The notes: a model not told the origin generated them from the letters alone. A stretch of DNA of 32,000 bases from Propionibacterium freudenreichii subsp. freudenreichii (GCF_000940845.1 NZ_CP010341.1:2460001-2492000), one strand, 5' to 3'. Counted from the first letter of the stretch, positions 1-7,813 are shown. Numbers and translations: made by a program.

Positions 1-207
1 GCCCAGCGCCAGCCCCCACAGCGTGTTGCTGACATGCAGCCGCTCGATGATCTCGGGGTAGCGCGGCACCAGCGACGCGAAGGTGGCGCCGTTGACGAAG
101 AAGATGAGCAGCACGCCGAGCCGGGCCAGGCGCAGCCGGGTGGGCACGCGCCCGGTCTTGTGGGCTGGCTTATCGGACGCCTTGCGCTCTGTCTCGGGGG
201 ACTCCAT
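1..207 (-). CDS. MFS-type transporter, N-terminal fragment (gene runs off the window start)
   Basis: Reverse complement from the ATG at 205-207 reads MESPETERKASDKPAHKTGRVPTRLRLARLGVLLIFFVNGATFASLVPRYPEIIERLHVSNTLWGLALG with no stop before the window edge. A basic stretch is followed by a hydrophobic TM1. Absent from the ORF track because it is truncated. Confidence 0.45.
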   Translation of the reverse strand, partial: MESPETERKASDKPAHKTGRVPTRLRLARLGVLLIFFVNGATFASLVPRYPEIIERLHVSNTLWGLALG

Positions 208-218
208 GCCCGACGCCA

Positions 219-1385
219 TTACCGCCGCCAGCTGCGGCGCCGGTTGACCCCGACGCCGGGAACGTGGCTGGGCAGGGTGCGGCGGGCACCGCGTCGGGCG
301 GCATGGGCCACCAGCGGGGTGACGAGCAGTTCCACCCGGTAGCGGTGGCCGGCATAGGGCGCGAGCGCCTCGTCGGCGAAGGCGTCGTCGCCCTTCTGCC
401 CGGTGAGTGCCAGTGAGATCAGTGCGGGCGCGTGGTAGTCGCCGATGCTCCAGGCGTCGGGGTCGCCGTAGGCCCATTGCAGCACCTTGGCGGCGGTCCA
501 GGGGCCGATGCCGGGCTGCGTCTGCAGCAGGCGGGAGCGCTCCGCACCGTCAGTGGCGCGCCCCAGGGCTCTCTCCAGGCTGGGGACGCGTCGCATCGCG
601 CGCACCAGGGCGGCGGCTCGGCGTCCGTCGACGCCAGCGCGGGTGAACTCGAAGCTGGGAATGTGGGCCCACTGCTCGGCGGTGGGCGGCACCACCATGC
701 CGTGGGCGGGGCCGTCGGGCGTGGCGGCGGGACCCGGGGCGGGAGTGGCGTACTTGGCGAGCAGTGAGCGCAGGCCCCCGAAGGCCTCGGGGCCGGTGAC
801 CTTCTGCTCGATCACGGCGGGGGCGAGGGCCTCGGTGAGGTTGTCGGTGGCGCCGATCCGCCACTGCGGGTGGTCGTGGTGGGCGCGGCGCAGGAGGTCG
901 CAGTCGGCCGCCAGCGCGGCGAAGCCGCTCGGATCGTCCTGCTCACCGAGCAGCCGTGGCACCTGGTCGAGTGCCCAGTCGGCGCCCTCTCCCCAGGCGC
1001 GCGTGACGACGTCGGCGTGGTGGTCGAACAATTCCAGCAGCGCGGGGCCATCGGGCGTGCGGGTTGCGCGCCACCAGTGCTGCGCGCCGACGCGTCGGTG
1101 CGTCGGATCGGCCGGGCCCTTGGCCAGGCGACCCAGCGCCATGTCGAGGCGTCCGGCGGCACCCAGCACGGTGCGCTGTGCCGGTGACCCGGCGGCACCC
1201 GAGCGGGTTCCCGCAACGGGCTGTCCCTCGGCGTCCGGCGCGGGAGGGGACGTCGCCGATCGGCTGGTCGCACGGGGGGAAGAAGTCACGGCGACCAGCG
1301 TAGGCCGCCGGTGCCATGGGTCCGGAATCGCCGGTCCCGGGACGGTTGGATGTCCTGGGGACGCCGTGCCAGCGCCGGGATCCAC
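219..1385 (-). CDS. HhH-GPD superfamily DNA glycosylase (AlkA / 3-methyladenine glycosylase II-like)
   Basis: 388-aa ORF with the helix-hairpin-helix/GPD signature LQTQPGIGPWTAAKVL followed by a catalytic-Asp context (SIGDYHAP). The first ~80 aa are P/S/T/A-rich low complexity, so the true start may lie downstream. Confidence 0.7.
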   Translation of the reverse strand: MDPGAGTASPGHPTVPGPAIPDPWHRRPTLVAVTSSPRATSRSATSPPAPDAEGQPVAGTRSGAAGSPAQRTVLGAAGRLDMALGRLAKGPADPTHRRVGAQHWWRATRTPDGPALLELFDHHADVVTRAWGEGADWALDQVPRLLGEQDDPSGFAALAADCDLLRRAHHDHPQWRIGATDNLTEALAPAVIEQKVTGPEAFGGLRSLLAKYATPAPGPAATPDGPAHGMVVPPTAEQWAHIPSFEFTRAGVDGRRAAALVRAMRRVPSLERALGRATDGAERSRLLQTQPGIGPWTAAKVLQWAYGDPDAWSIGDYHAPALISLALTGQKGDDAFADEALAPYAGHRYRVELLVTPLVAHAARRGARRTLPSHVPGVGVNRRRSWRR

Positions 1386-1410
1386 GCTCCGTGCCAGGGC
1401 CGCGCTCCTC

Positions 1411-1780
1411 CACCCGCAACCGGTTTCAAAACCCCGCCCGCACCCGAAACCCCACTAGCTGGACACCTGTGCGGCGTCATTCCCGCACAACTGCCCACTT
1501 CACGACCAGGACGCCGCCCAACGGACGCTGCGGCCACACTCCCCCACCCGCGCCGGCATCCACACACCCGCAACCGGCTTCAACACCCACCCGCACCCGA
1601 AACCCCACTAGCTGGACACCTGTGCGGCGTCATTCCCGCACAACTGCCCACTTCACGACCAGGACGCCGCCCAACGGACGCTGCGGTCACACAACCAGCC
1701 CGGGCCACACTCCCCCACCAGCACCCGAAACCCCACTAGCTGGACACCTGTGCGGCGTCATTCCCGCACAACTGCCCACT
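1411..1780. repeat. Tandem repeat of ~153-154 bp (about 2.4 copies), each copy carrying one REP-like palindromic core
   Basis: Units start at 1411 and 1565, with a truncated third unit. The cores CTAGCTGGACACCTGTGCGGCGTCATTCCCGCACAACTGCCCACT sit at 1455-1499, 1608-1652 and 1736-1780 and are identical in all three. The sequence between cores is also repeated. Confidence 0.9.
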
Positions 1781-1830
1781 CAGGGGCCGGATCGTGTCCG
1801 CGCCAACTCGTCCACACGGGCACCACCGGA

Positions 1831-1880
1831 AGATAGGGGCGGATAAAGCACCGACTACGGTGCTTTATCCGCCCCTATCT
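1831..1880. terminator. Perfect 21-bp-stem hairpin downstream of the DeoR gene (no U-tract)
   Basis: AGATAGGGGCGGATAAAGCAC (1831-1851), loop CGACTACG, GTGCTTTATCCGCCCCTATCT (1860-1880). The arms are exact reverse complements. A related copy lies at 29321-29368. Confidence 0.55.
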
Positions 1881-1931
1881 CCTCTAACCCGCACGACCCT
1901 CTGTCCCACATGACGCAGCGGGCGCCGGCAC

Positions 1932-2708
1932 CTAGACCGTGATCACCCGCTCCACCTGATCGTGCAGCGTCGCCAGGTGCGCGGGGTCGAGCGACTTCTC
2001 GGTGATCACGACGTCCACCTCGGACAGGGGCAGGAACCTGTGCAGGGCATTGCGGCTGAACTTGGTGCGGTCAACCAGCAGGATGCGCTGGCGGGCGGCG
2101 CGCATGAGACGCCCCTTCACCGCGGCCATCGCCTCGTCGGGATGCGAGCAGACCCCACCGGTCACCGCGGTGGTGGACATGATGCACACATCGGGGCTGA
2201 CCTGGTCGATCATCGCCTCGGTCATCGGGCCGGCATAGGCGTCGGCCCAGCGCAGGTAGCTGCCACCGAGGGTGATCAGCTCAAGCTCGGCGCTGTCCCG
2301 CACGGCATCGGCGATGAACCGGGCGTTCGTCACCACGGTGAGCGGCGCCAGCTCCCCCAGCCCCGGGAACAGGTGCCGGCAGGTGGTCGAATCGTCCATC
2401 GCAATCGTCGAACCGGGCGCCAACAACGGCAGGGCCGCGTCGGCGATGCGTTGCTTGGCGTCGAGCTCGGTGCCCATCCGCATCAGCGACGAGGCCTCGG
2501 CCATCGAGAACGGAGCGGCCGTGACGCGTCCGTGGGAGCGCTGGATCAGTCCGGAGGTCTCCAGCGCGGCGACGTCGCGGTAGACGGTCATCGGGGAGAC
2601 GCCGAGCTCGTCGGCCAGCTCCTTCACCGCGATCGTGCCCTCGCGGGTCACCACCTGGAGCACGTCGTGGATCCGCACATCGCGCGATGTGGCCGGCTGT
2701 TGTTCCAC
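1932..2708 (-). CDS. DeoR-family transcriptional regulator (HTH plus sugar-phosphate sensor domain)
   Basis: 258 aa with an N-terminal DeoR HTH (VKELADELGVSPMTVYRDVAALE) and a C-terminal DeoR effector-domain pattern. GTG start at 2706-2708 preceded by AGGAGG. Confidence 0.9.
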   Translation of the reverse strand: MEQQPATSRDVRIHDVLQVVTREGTIAVKELADELGVSPMTVYRDVAALETSGLIQRSHGRVTAAPFSMAEASSLMRMGTELDAKQRIADAALPLLAPGSTIAMDDSTTCRHLFPGLGELAPLTVVTNARFIADAVRDSAELELITLGGSYLRWADAYAGPMTEAMIDQVSPDVCIMSTTAVTGGVCSHPDEAMAAVKGRLMRAARQRILLVDRTKFSRNALHRFLPLSEVDVVITEKSLDPAHLATLHDQVERVITV

Positions 2709-2721
2709 GTGAAACCTCCTG

Positions 2722-2784
2722 CTTGTCGAGCGCCCCGCTTGTCAAACACCCTGCCTGTCAAACACCCCGCGTCGAGCGCCCCGC
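2722..2784. repeat. 16-bp tandem repeat x4 filling the GpsA-like/DeoR intercistronic gap
   Basis: Units are CTTGTCGAGCGCCCCG, CTTGTCAAACACCCTG, CCTGTCAAACACCCCG and C-GTCGAGCGCCCCG, an outer/inner A-B-B-A arrangement. The array starts right after the deoR RBS. Confidence 0.8.
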
Positions 2785-2798
2785 GGACGCCGGCCCGC

Positions 2799-3851
2799 CT
2801 ACAGCGTCGGCTTGACGGGCAGGACGGCCCGCGCAACCTCCGTCATGGGGTCGGCACCGGCATCGTTGAGCAACCGGTTGACGGCCGCCAGCAGCGGCAT
2901 GCGCTCGGCGAGTCCCCCGCCGATCTGCTCCACGAACCTTACGGCCAGTGCGGTGGCCGGCACGCCCTCGACCGTCTGCTCGAGGCGATCCATCTCGGCG
3001 AGCGCCTCCTGCGGCTGCTCGCCACGACCGAGGCGCACGCCGTAGACCTTGTTGCGTCCCGACAGGCCGGTCACCTCGAGGTCGCCGACGCCCGGCAGCC
3101 CGTAGGCGGTGGCCGGATCGGCCCCCAACTGGGCGCCCAGCAGCGACATCTCGGCGATCGCCTGGGCGAACGCCGCGGCCTTCAGGTTGTGGTGCGGCAC
3201 CCCGGTCTTCTCCTCCAGGCCGTCCGCGACGCCCAGCGCGATGGCGTACACGTTCTTCATGGGTGCGCACACCTCGACGCCCGTCTCGTCATCGGTGTGG
3301 GCGATCGCATAGTTGGCCGTGGCGGCCTGCGCCGCGTAGCTGCGCGACACCTCGCCGTCACGGCAGCCGAAGATCGTCGCCGTCGGCAGCGCCTGGGCAC
3401 ACTCGTTGGCCTTCACCGGTCCGGCGATCGCCACCAGCGGCGGCAGGGTGACGCCCTTGGCGGCGGCGATCGAGCGGATGGCCTCGGGCAGCAGGCCGAT
3501 GCGTCCGTCGTCTCCCTCGGAGAAGCCCTTGGACGTCATCCACAGCGCGTCGGCCTTCGCGATGCCGGGAAGCGCCAGCTCGGCCACCCGCGGCACGCCC
3601 ACCGAGGCCACCGACATGACCACCACCTGGGCACCGTCGAGGGCCTGCTCGAGCTGCGCGGAGCGGAAGGTTGCCACGCCGGGGGCAAGCGGCACATTGG
3701 TGCGCGGGTGCGGCTTGCCGGCCTCCACGGCGTCGAGCAGGTGGTCGTCGAGCCAGGTGCCCCACAGGCGGACGTCCCAGCCGGCGTCGGCCAGCGGACG
3801 GCACAGGGCCGAGCCCATGGCTCCGGCTCCGAGAACGGTGATCGTGGGCAT
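2799..3851 (-). CDS. NAD(P)H-dependent glycerol-3-phosphate dehydrogenase family protein (GpsA-like)
   Basis: 350 aa with an N-terminal Rossmann motif ITVLGAGAMGSAL. Also shows the GpsA-type blocks AGPVKANE, KNVYAIALGVADGL and GDLEVTGLSGRNKVYG. Confidence 0.85.
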   Translation of the reverse strand: MPTITVLGAGAMGSALCRPLADAGWDVRLWGTWLDDHLLDAVEAGKPHPRTNVPLAPGVATFRSAQLEQALDGAQVVVMSVASVGVPRVAELALPGIAKADALWMTSKGFSEGDDGRIGLLPEAIRSIAAAKGVTLPPLVAIAGPVKANECAQALPTATIFGCRDGEVSRSYAAQAATANYAIAHTDDETGVEVCAPMKNVYAIALGVADGLEEKTGVPHHNLKAAAFAQAIAEMSLLGAQLGADPATAYGLPGVGDLEVTGLSGRNKVYGVRLGRGEQPQEALAEMDRLEQTVEGVPATALAVRFVEQIGGGLAERMPLLAAVNRLLNDAGADPMTEVARAVLPVKPTL

Positions 3852-3904
3852 TGTTTCTCCTCTTGTTGGGGGTGATGACGGGTTGGGGACGCGGGGTGGC
3901 GGCG

Positions 3905-5461
3905 CTAGTCCTGCGACAGGGCCGCGAGCTCCTGGAAGGTCTCGCGCAGCGCCGGGTAGAGCCGGGCGTGCACCGCGGCGATCCGGCGATAGCGCTCATG
4001 GAGCTCCATGTCGGGGTGCACCGTCTCGCCGAAGCTGGCCATCGCCTTGGCGGAGCTGGCCACATCGGGTGAGCCATCGGCCAGGGGCTCGGCATGGGCG
4101 TTGATCGCCGCCATGGCGAGCACGGCGGCACCCAGCGCCGAGATCTCCTCTTCGAGGCAGACCGTGAGGGGCACTCCGGTGACATCGGCCATGATCTGGC
4201 GCCACACTCCCGAGCGGGCGCCGCCGCCCATGATGCGCAGCTGGGTGATCGGGGTGCCGGTGCCGTCGGCCAGCTCATCGAGGTTGCGGCGCATCTCGAA
4301 GCAGATGGACTCCAGCACCGAGCGGTACAGGTGCGCCCGGGTGTGCGTGCCCCGCCAACCGACGACGGCGCCGCGGGCCAGCGCGTCCCAGTAGGGCGAT
4401 TGCACGGCGTTCCAGTACGGCAGGGTGACCAGGCCGTCGGCCCCGGGGGCGATTGCGGCGGCGGCCGCATTGTCGCGTTCCACGTCGGGATCGCCGGGGT
4501 GGTCGGGGTCGCCGAAGGTGTCGCGCACCCAGCCGGCCAGGTAGGAGCCCGATGACTGCAGCACCTCGAGCACGTAGTTTCCGGGGATGCCCGATACGTG
4601 GGTGCGGAACGCCGGGTTGTAGATGTAGGAGCCCGATTCGACGCCGGCGTTCACCGCGGTGCCCATGTTGAGGTAGCCGACGCCCGGGTCGACGGCGGCG
4701 GCGCCGATGCCCGCAGCCTGTCCGTCGCCGAGTCCGGCGATCACCGGGATGGGACGCGCCAGGCCCCATTCGGCGGCCAGTTCGGGGCGGATGTCGGCGA
4801 TCGGTGAGGCGGGGGCCACCAGTTCGGGCATCTGGTCGCGTCGCACGCCGGCGATCTGCAGCAGCTCGTCGGACCAGTCGCGGCGCTGGATGTCGAACAG
4901 GCCCAGCGAATCGGCAGCGGCGGTGGATGAGGCCCAGCGTCCGGTGAGGTTGAACACGATGGCACCCAGCACATCGGTGACCTTGTCGGCACGGGCGAAC
5001 CACTCGGGGTGGTGCTGCGTCACCCAGGCCATCTTGTAGATCGCGGGGGTGACGCCGGCCGGCTTGCCCGACAGCTCGTGCACGTGGGCGCTGCCGTGGC
5101 GTTCGATCTGCTCGGCGGCGCGCCCGTCGAGCCACAGGATGCCGTTGGCCAGGGGCGTGCCGTCGGCGCTGAAGGGGGCGAAGGATTCGCGCTGGTGGGT
5201 GATGCCGATGGCCGCCACCCGGTCACGGTCGGCCTGACTGAGCCCGCCCAGCACCTCGCCGATGGTCTCGTGGCTGGTGCGCCACCACAGCGCGGGGTCG
5301 TGCTCGTAATGGTCCATGGCGGGTGTCAGGAGTGGGATCGGACGCCGGGCCGTGGCCCACACGGTGCCGTTGGTGTCCACGACGATGGCCTTGGTGGAGG
5401 TGGTGGACGAATCGATGGCCACGACGAGTGGCCCCTGCTGGGTGCGCTGACGCTCGGACAC
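3905..5461 (-). CDS. FGGY-family carbohydrate kinase (xylulokinase/glycerol-kinase-like; substrate unknown)
   Basis: 518 aa with an N-terminal FGGY phosphate-1 motif (VVAIDSSTTSTKAIVVD) and a C-terminal FGGY block (LRIMGGGARSGVWRQIMADVTG). GTG start at 5459-5461. Confidence 0.85.
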   Translation of the reverse strand: MSERQRTQQGPLVVAIDSSTTSTKAIVVDTNGTVWATARRPIPLLTPAMDHYEHDPALWWRTSHETIGEVLGGLSQADRDRVAAIGITHQRESFAPFSADGTPLANGILWLDGRAAEQIERHGSAHVHELSGKPAGVTPAIYKMAWVTQHHPEWFARADKVTDVLGAIVFNLTGRWASSTAAADSLGLFDIQRRDWSDELLQIAGVRRDQMPELVAPASPIADIRPELAAEWGLARPIPVIAGLGDGQAAGIGAAAVDPGVGYLNMGTAVNAGVESGSYIYNPAFRTHVSGIPGNYVLEVLQSSGSYLAGWVRDTFGDPDHPGDPDVERDNAAAAAIAPGADGLVTLPYWNAVQSPYWDALARGAVVGWRGTHTRAHLYRSVLESICFEMRRNLDELADGTGTPITQLRIMGGGARSGVWRQIMADVTGVPLTVCLEEEISALGAAVLAMAAINAHAEPLADGSPDVASSAKAMASFGETVHPDMELHERYRRIAAVHARLYPALRETFQELAALSQD

Positions 5462-5475
5462 GGTGTCCCCTCTCA

Positions 5476-5489
5476 GATCAACGTTGATC
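5476..5489. promoter_or_regulatory. Perfect 14-bp palindrome GATCAACGTTGATC just upstream of the FGGY kinase start
   Basis: Exact dyad with a central CG, 15-28 nt upstream of the GTG start. Candidate operator. Confidence 0.35.
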
Positions 5490-5653
5490 GAGTCGGCGAT
5501 GAGTTTTGCCTCAAGCTACCCCAAATTGTGGTTACTTCACCAGCTTTTGTGTGAATTTGGGGGAATCGGGGGTGCCGAGAACTGGCGCGGCATGGGCCCA
5601 TACATCGGCCCCCCAGAGCCCCGCGACTCGAACGTTCAACCTGACGTGGAGAG

Positions 5654-5739
5654 TTATCCACAGGGTTATCCCCACATGTGGATTACTTACACACCTGTAA
5701 CTACAGCTGTGGATCACAGGCGGTGGAGCCTGTGGACAA
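5654..5739. promoter_or_regulatory. Cluster of DnaA-box-like 9-mers (alternatively a TGTGGA direct-repeat operator array)
   Basis: TTATCCACA at 5654-5662 (+). On the minus strand: TAATCCACA at 5677-5685, TGATCCACA at 5708-5716 and TTGTCCACA at 5731-5739. Weaker boxes at 5527-5535 (GTAACCACA), 5824-5832 (GTTTCCACA) and 5847-5855 (TCCTCCACA). The region is locally AT-enriched. Confidence 0.4.
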
Positions 5740-5889
5740 CTCCCCACGACGGGCGGGCGGACGCCTCATTTCGCGATCCCCACGCGTCATCGGCAACGGA
5801 CCGGCGCCCGGGTGCACACAGGATGTGGAAACCGGATGTGCACACATGTGGAGGACGCTCGGGTCGGCACCGGGCAACGCACCGCCCGC

Positions 5890-7332
5890 TCAGGTGCCCG
5901 GCGACACCAGGATCCGATACTGCCGGGCCCAGGGCATCACGCGGGCCGGGTCGCGTCCGGACAGCACGCACGCCGCCAGGTAGCGCATCGGCGCATCGAT
6001 CGCGGTGAAGAAGTGCCGGTAGCCGCGGCACAGGTAGTTGACCTTCGGCCCATCCGCAGGGCCCGCCATCGGGTCGGCTCCCTCCGAGCGGGGTCCCCTC
6101 GTGAGTCGGTCCTCACCCGTGAGTCGGTCTTCACCCGTGAGCTGTGCCTCCCCCATGAGCCGGGCCTCCCCCGCGAGCTGTGCCTCCCCCATAAGCCGGG
6201 CCTCACCCATCAACTGGGCCTCCCCCATCAGCCGGTTCTTGGGGCACTCGCCGTGGCAGGCGAACAGCACCGGGCACTCACGGCAGCGCGCCGGGAGGTC
6301 GGCCTTGGCGTCGCCGAAGGTGCGCTGCCGCGGGTCGGCAACCATGGCCGCCAGCGAATCGTCACCCACCCGGCCGAGGCGGTGCGCGGGGTCGACGAAG
6401 TGATCGCACGAGTAGACGCTGCCGTCGTGCTCCACCACCACCGCGTCACCACAGTGTTCCCGGAACATGCACGACGCCGGCTCATCGCCACACCATGCCG
6501 CCAGGGCCCACTCGACGTTCATGACGAACACCTGCCCCACGTCACGGTGCAACCACTGCGAGAAGACGTCCACCTGGAACTCGCCCCATGCGCCCGGATC
6601 GACGCTCAGCCCACGCACCACGTGCCCGGGACGCGCCGGGTCGGGCACGACGATGGGGATGTACTGGTGGAAATCCGAGCCGACCTCATCGCGCAGGAAG
6701 CGGTAGACCTCCGCACCGCGGTGCTGGTTGGCCGGGTGCACCGTGGTGAAAGTGTTGAAGCGCACGCCGTGCTCGTGCAGCAGGCGCGCGGCACGCATCA
6801 CCTTCGCCCAGGTGCCCCGGCCACCGCGGTCGACGCGCCAGCGGTCGTGCACGTCGCGGGGCCCGTCGATGCTCAGCCCCACCAACACGTCGTGACGCGC
6901 CAGGAATTCCGCCCACCGTTCGTCGATGAGCACGCCGTTGGTCTGCATCGACCACGCGAAGTGACACCCGGGCGGCACGATCCGGCGGGCCACCGCGAAG
7001 GCCTCCCGGTAGAAGTCGAGCCCGCGCAGCGTCGGCTCGCCGCCCTGCCAGCAGAACTGGATGGCGGTGTCGGGCGAGGCGTCGATGGCGTCCTGCAACA
7101 CCGCACGCACCACCTCGGGGGTCATGCGCAGCGACGACCTCGGGAACAGTGCCTGCTTGTCGAGGTAGAAGCAGTAGGTGCACTCCATGTTGCAGGTGGG
7201 CCCGGCGGGCTTGGCCATCACATGCGGGGCCGGGCGGACGCCGCGGGAACCCCGCTGGGCACGAAGCGGGCCGCGCACCGGGGCCGGGGCGCCCCCAGGG
7301 CCGATGGAGGGACTATCCATCACGTTCACCAC
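5890..7332 (-). CDS. Anaerobic sulfatase-maturating enzyme (radical SAM / SPASM, anSME)
   Basis: Has the CxxxCxxC radical-SAM motif (CNMECTYCFY) and C-terminal SPASM cysteine clusters (CRECPVLFACHGECPKNR ... NYLCRGY). Adjacent to a Cys-type sulfatase operon. The start is uncertain: the Met at 7218 (MAKPAGPTCNMEC) is an equally good candidate. Confidence 0.85.
   Translation of the reverse strand: MVNVMDSPSIGPGGAPAPVRGPLRAQRGSRGVRPAPHVMAKPAGPTCNMECTYCFYLDKQALFPRSSLRMTPEVVRAVLQDAIDASPDTAIQFCWQGGEPTLRGLDFYREAFAVARRIVPPGCHFAWSMQTNGVLIDERWAEFLARHDVLVGLSIDGPRDVHDRWRVDRGGRGTWAKVMRAARLLHEHGVRFNTFTTVHPANQHRGAEVYRFLRDEVGSDFHQYIPIVVPDPARPGHVVRGLSVDPGAWGEFQVDVFSQWLHRDVGQVFVMNVEWALAAWCGDEPASCMFREHCGDAVVVEHDGSVYSCDHFVDPAHRLGRVGDDSLAAMVADPRQRTFGDAKADLPARCRECPVLFACHGECPKNRLMGEAQLMGEARLMGEAQLAGEARLMGEAQLTGEDRLTGEDRLTRGPRSEGADPMAGPADGPKVNYLCRGYRHFFTAIDAPMRYLAACVLSGRDPARVMPWARQYRILVSPGT
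6097..6240. repeat. In-frame 18-bp tandem repeat x8 inside the anSME gene
   Basis: Eight consecutive 18-nt units (for example ACCCGTGAGTCGGTCTTC, CCCCATGAGCCGGGCCTC) encode LMGEAQ/LMGEAR/LAGEAR/LTGEDR hexapeptides. They lie between CPKNR and the NYLC SPASM cysteine. Confidence 0.9.
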
Positions 7333-7416
7333 CGTCCTGAATGATCGTTATCGTCGCCGGCCGGGCCACGCGCAGGGGCGCCGCCGTGTCGGCGTCGCCG
7401 ACTCGTTCACCTTTTG

Positions 7417-7440
7417 TTCATCTCGAAAATGTGAGATGAA
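7417..7440. promoter_or_regulatory. Inverted repeat TTCATCTC-N8-GAGATGAA in the anSME/ABC divergent region
   Basis: Perfect 8-bp arms at 7417-7424 and 7433-7440 in an AT-enriched patch. Confidence 0.3.
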
Positions 7441-7790
7441 TTGCGTGATTGAACAATAACAAGCTAATGTCATTCCCATGAATCGCACCGACATCTGGGC
7501 CAGGACATCGTCCGCCCATGCCATCGTGCGTTGTAGTGCGCTTTGTACTGTGCATCAGCACCGCACGCCCTGTTGTCCGTAGCAAGCATCGGGTCCCCCA
7601 AGAGACCCCTGTCGACCGTGACAACCTCGCTCACTTCTCCTCAGTGACCGTGCCCCCGCATCCCATGACCGGTTGGATCCGGATGGCCTGACTCACCCTC
7701 TGACAAGGGGAGTCACACATCTTCCGCTGCGGCGGGACCTTGCCCGCCCATCGCCGGCACCTGCCGTCATGCCTGTTGGGAACGCTCCTG

Positions 7791-7813
7791 CGAACGATTG
7801 ACGCAATCGTTCG
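7791..7813. promoter_or_regulatory. Perfect inverted repeat CGAACGATTG-ACG-CAATCGTTCG upstream of the ABC/sulfatase operon
   Basis: 10-bp exact arms with a 3-nt spacer, about 130 nt upstream of the SBP start at 7944. Confidence 0.35.

Noticed and set aside
1455-1780. Three identical palindromic repeats at 153- and 128-bp spacing looked superficially like a tiny CRISPR array.
   Set aside because: The sequence between the repeats is itself duplicated, so this is a tandem 154-bp unit rather than unique spacers. The spacing is irregular and far larger than CRISPR spacers. The same element occurs singly elsewhere, and no cas genes are present.
1962-3875. 637-aa plus-strand ORF overlapping the DeoR and GpsA-like genes.
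   Set aside because: It is antisense to two genes with clear family motifs. Its product is Arg/Gly/His-rich low complexity typical of high-GC antisense frames.
5527-5855. DnaA-box cluster as the chromosomal replication origin (oriC).
   Set aside because: There is no dnaA, dnaN, rpmH or gyrB nearby and no obvious AT-rich unwinding 13-mers. The region is flanked by catabolic genes. It is kept only as a secondary DnaA-box cluster or DeoR operator hypothesis.
5812-7344. 510-aa plus-strand ORF opposite the anSME gene.
   Set aside because: It is antisense to a gene with intact radical-SAM and SPASM motifs and has no recognisable domain.
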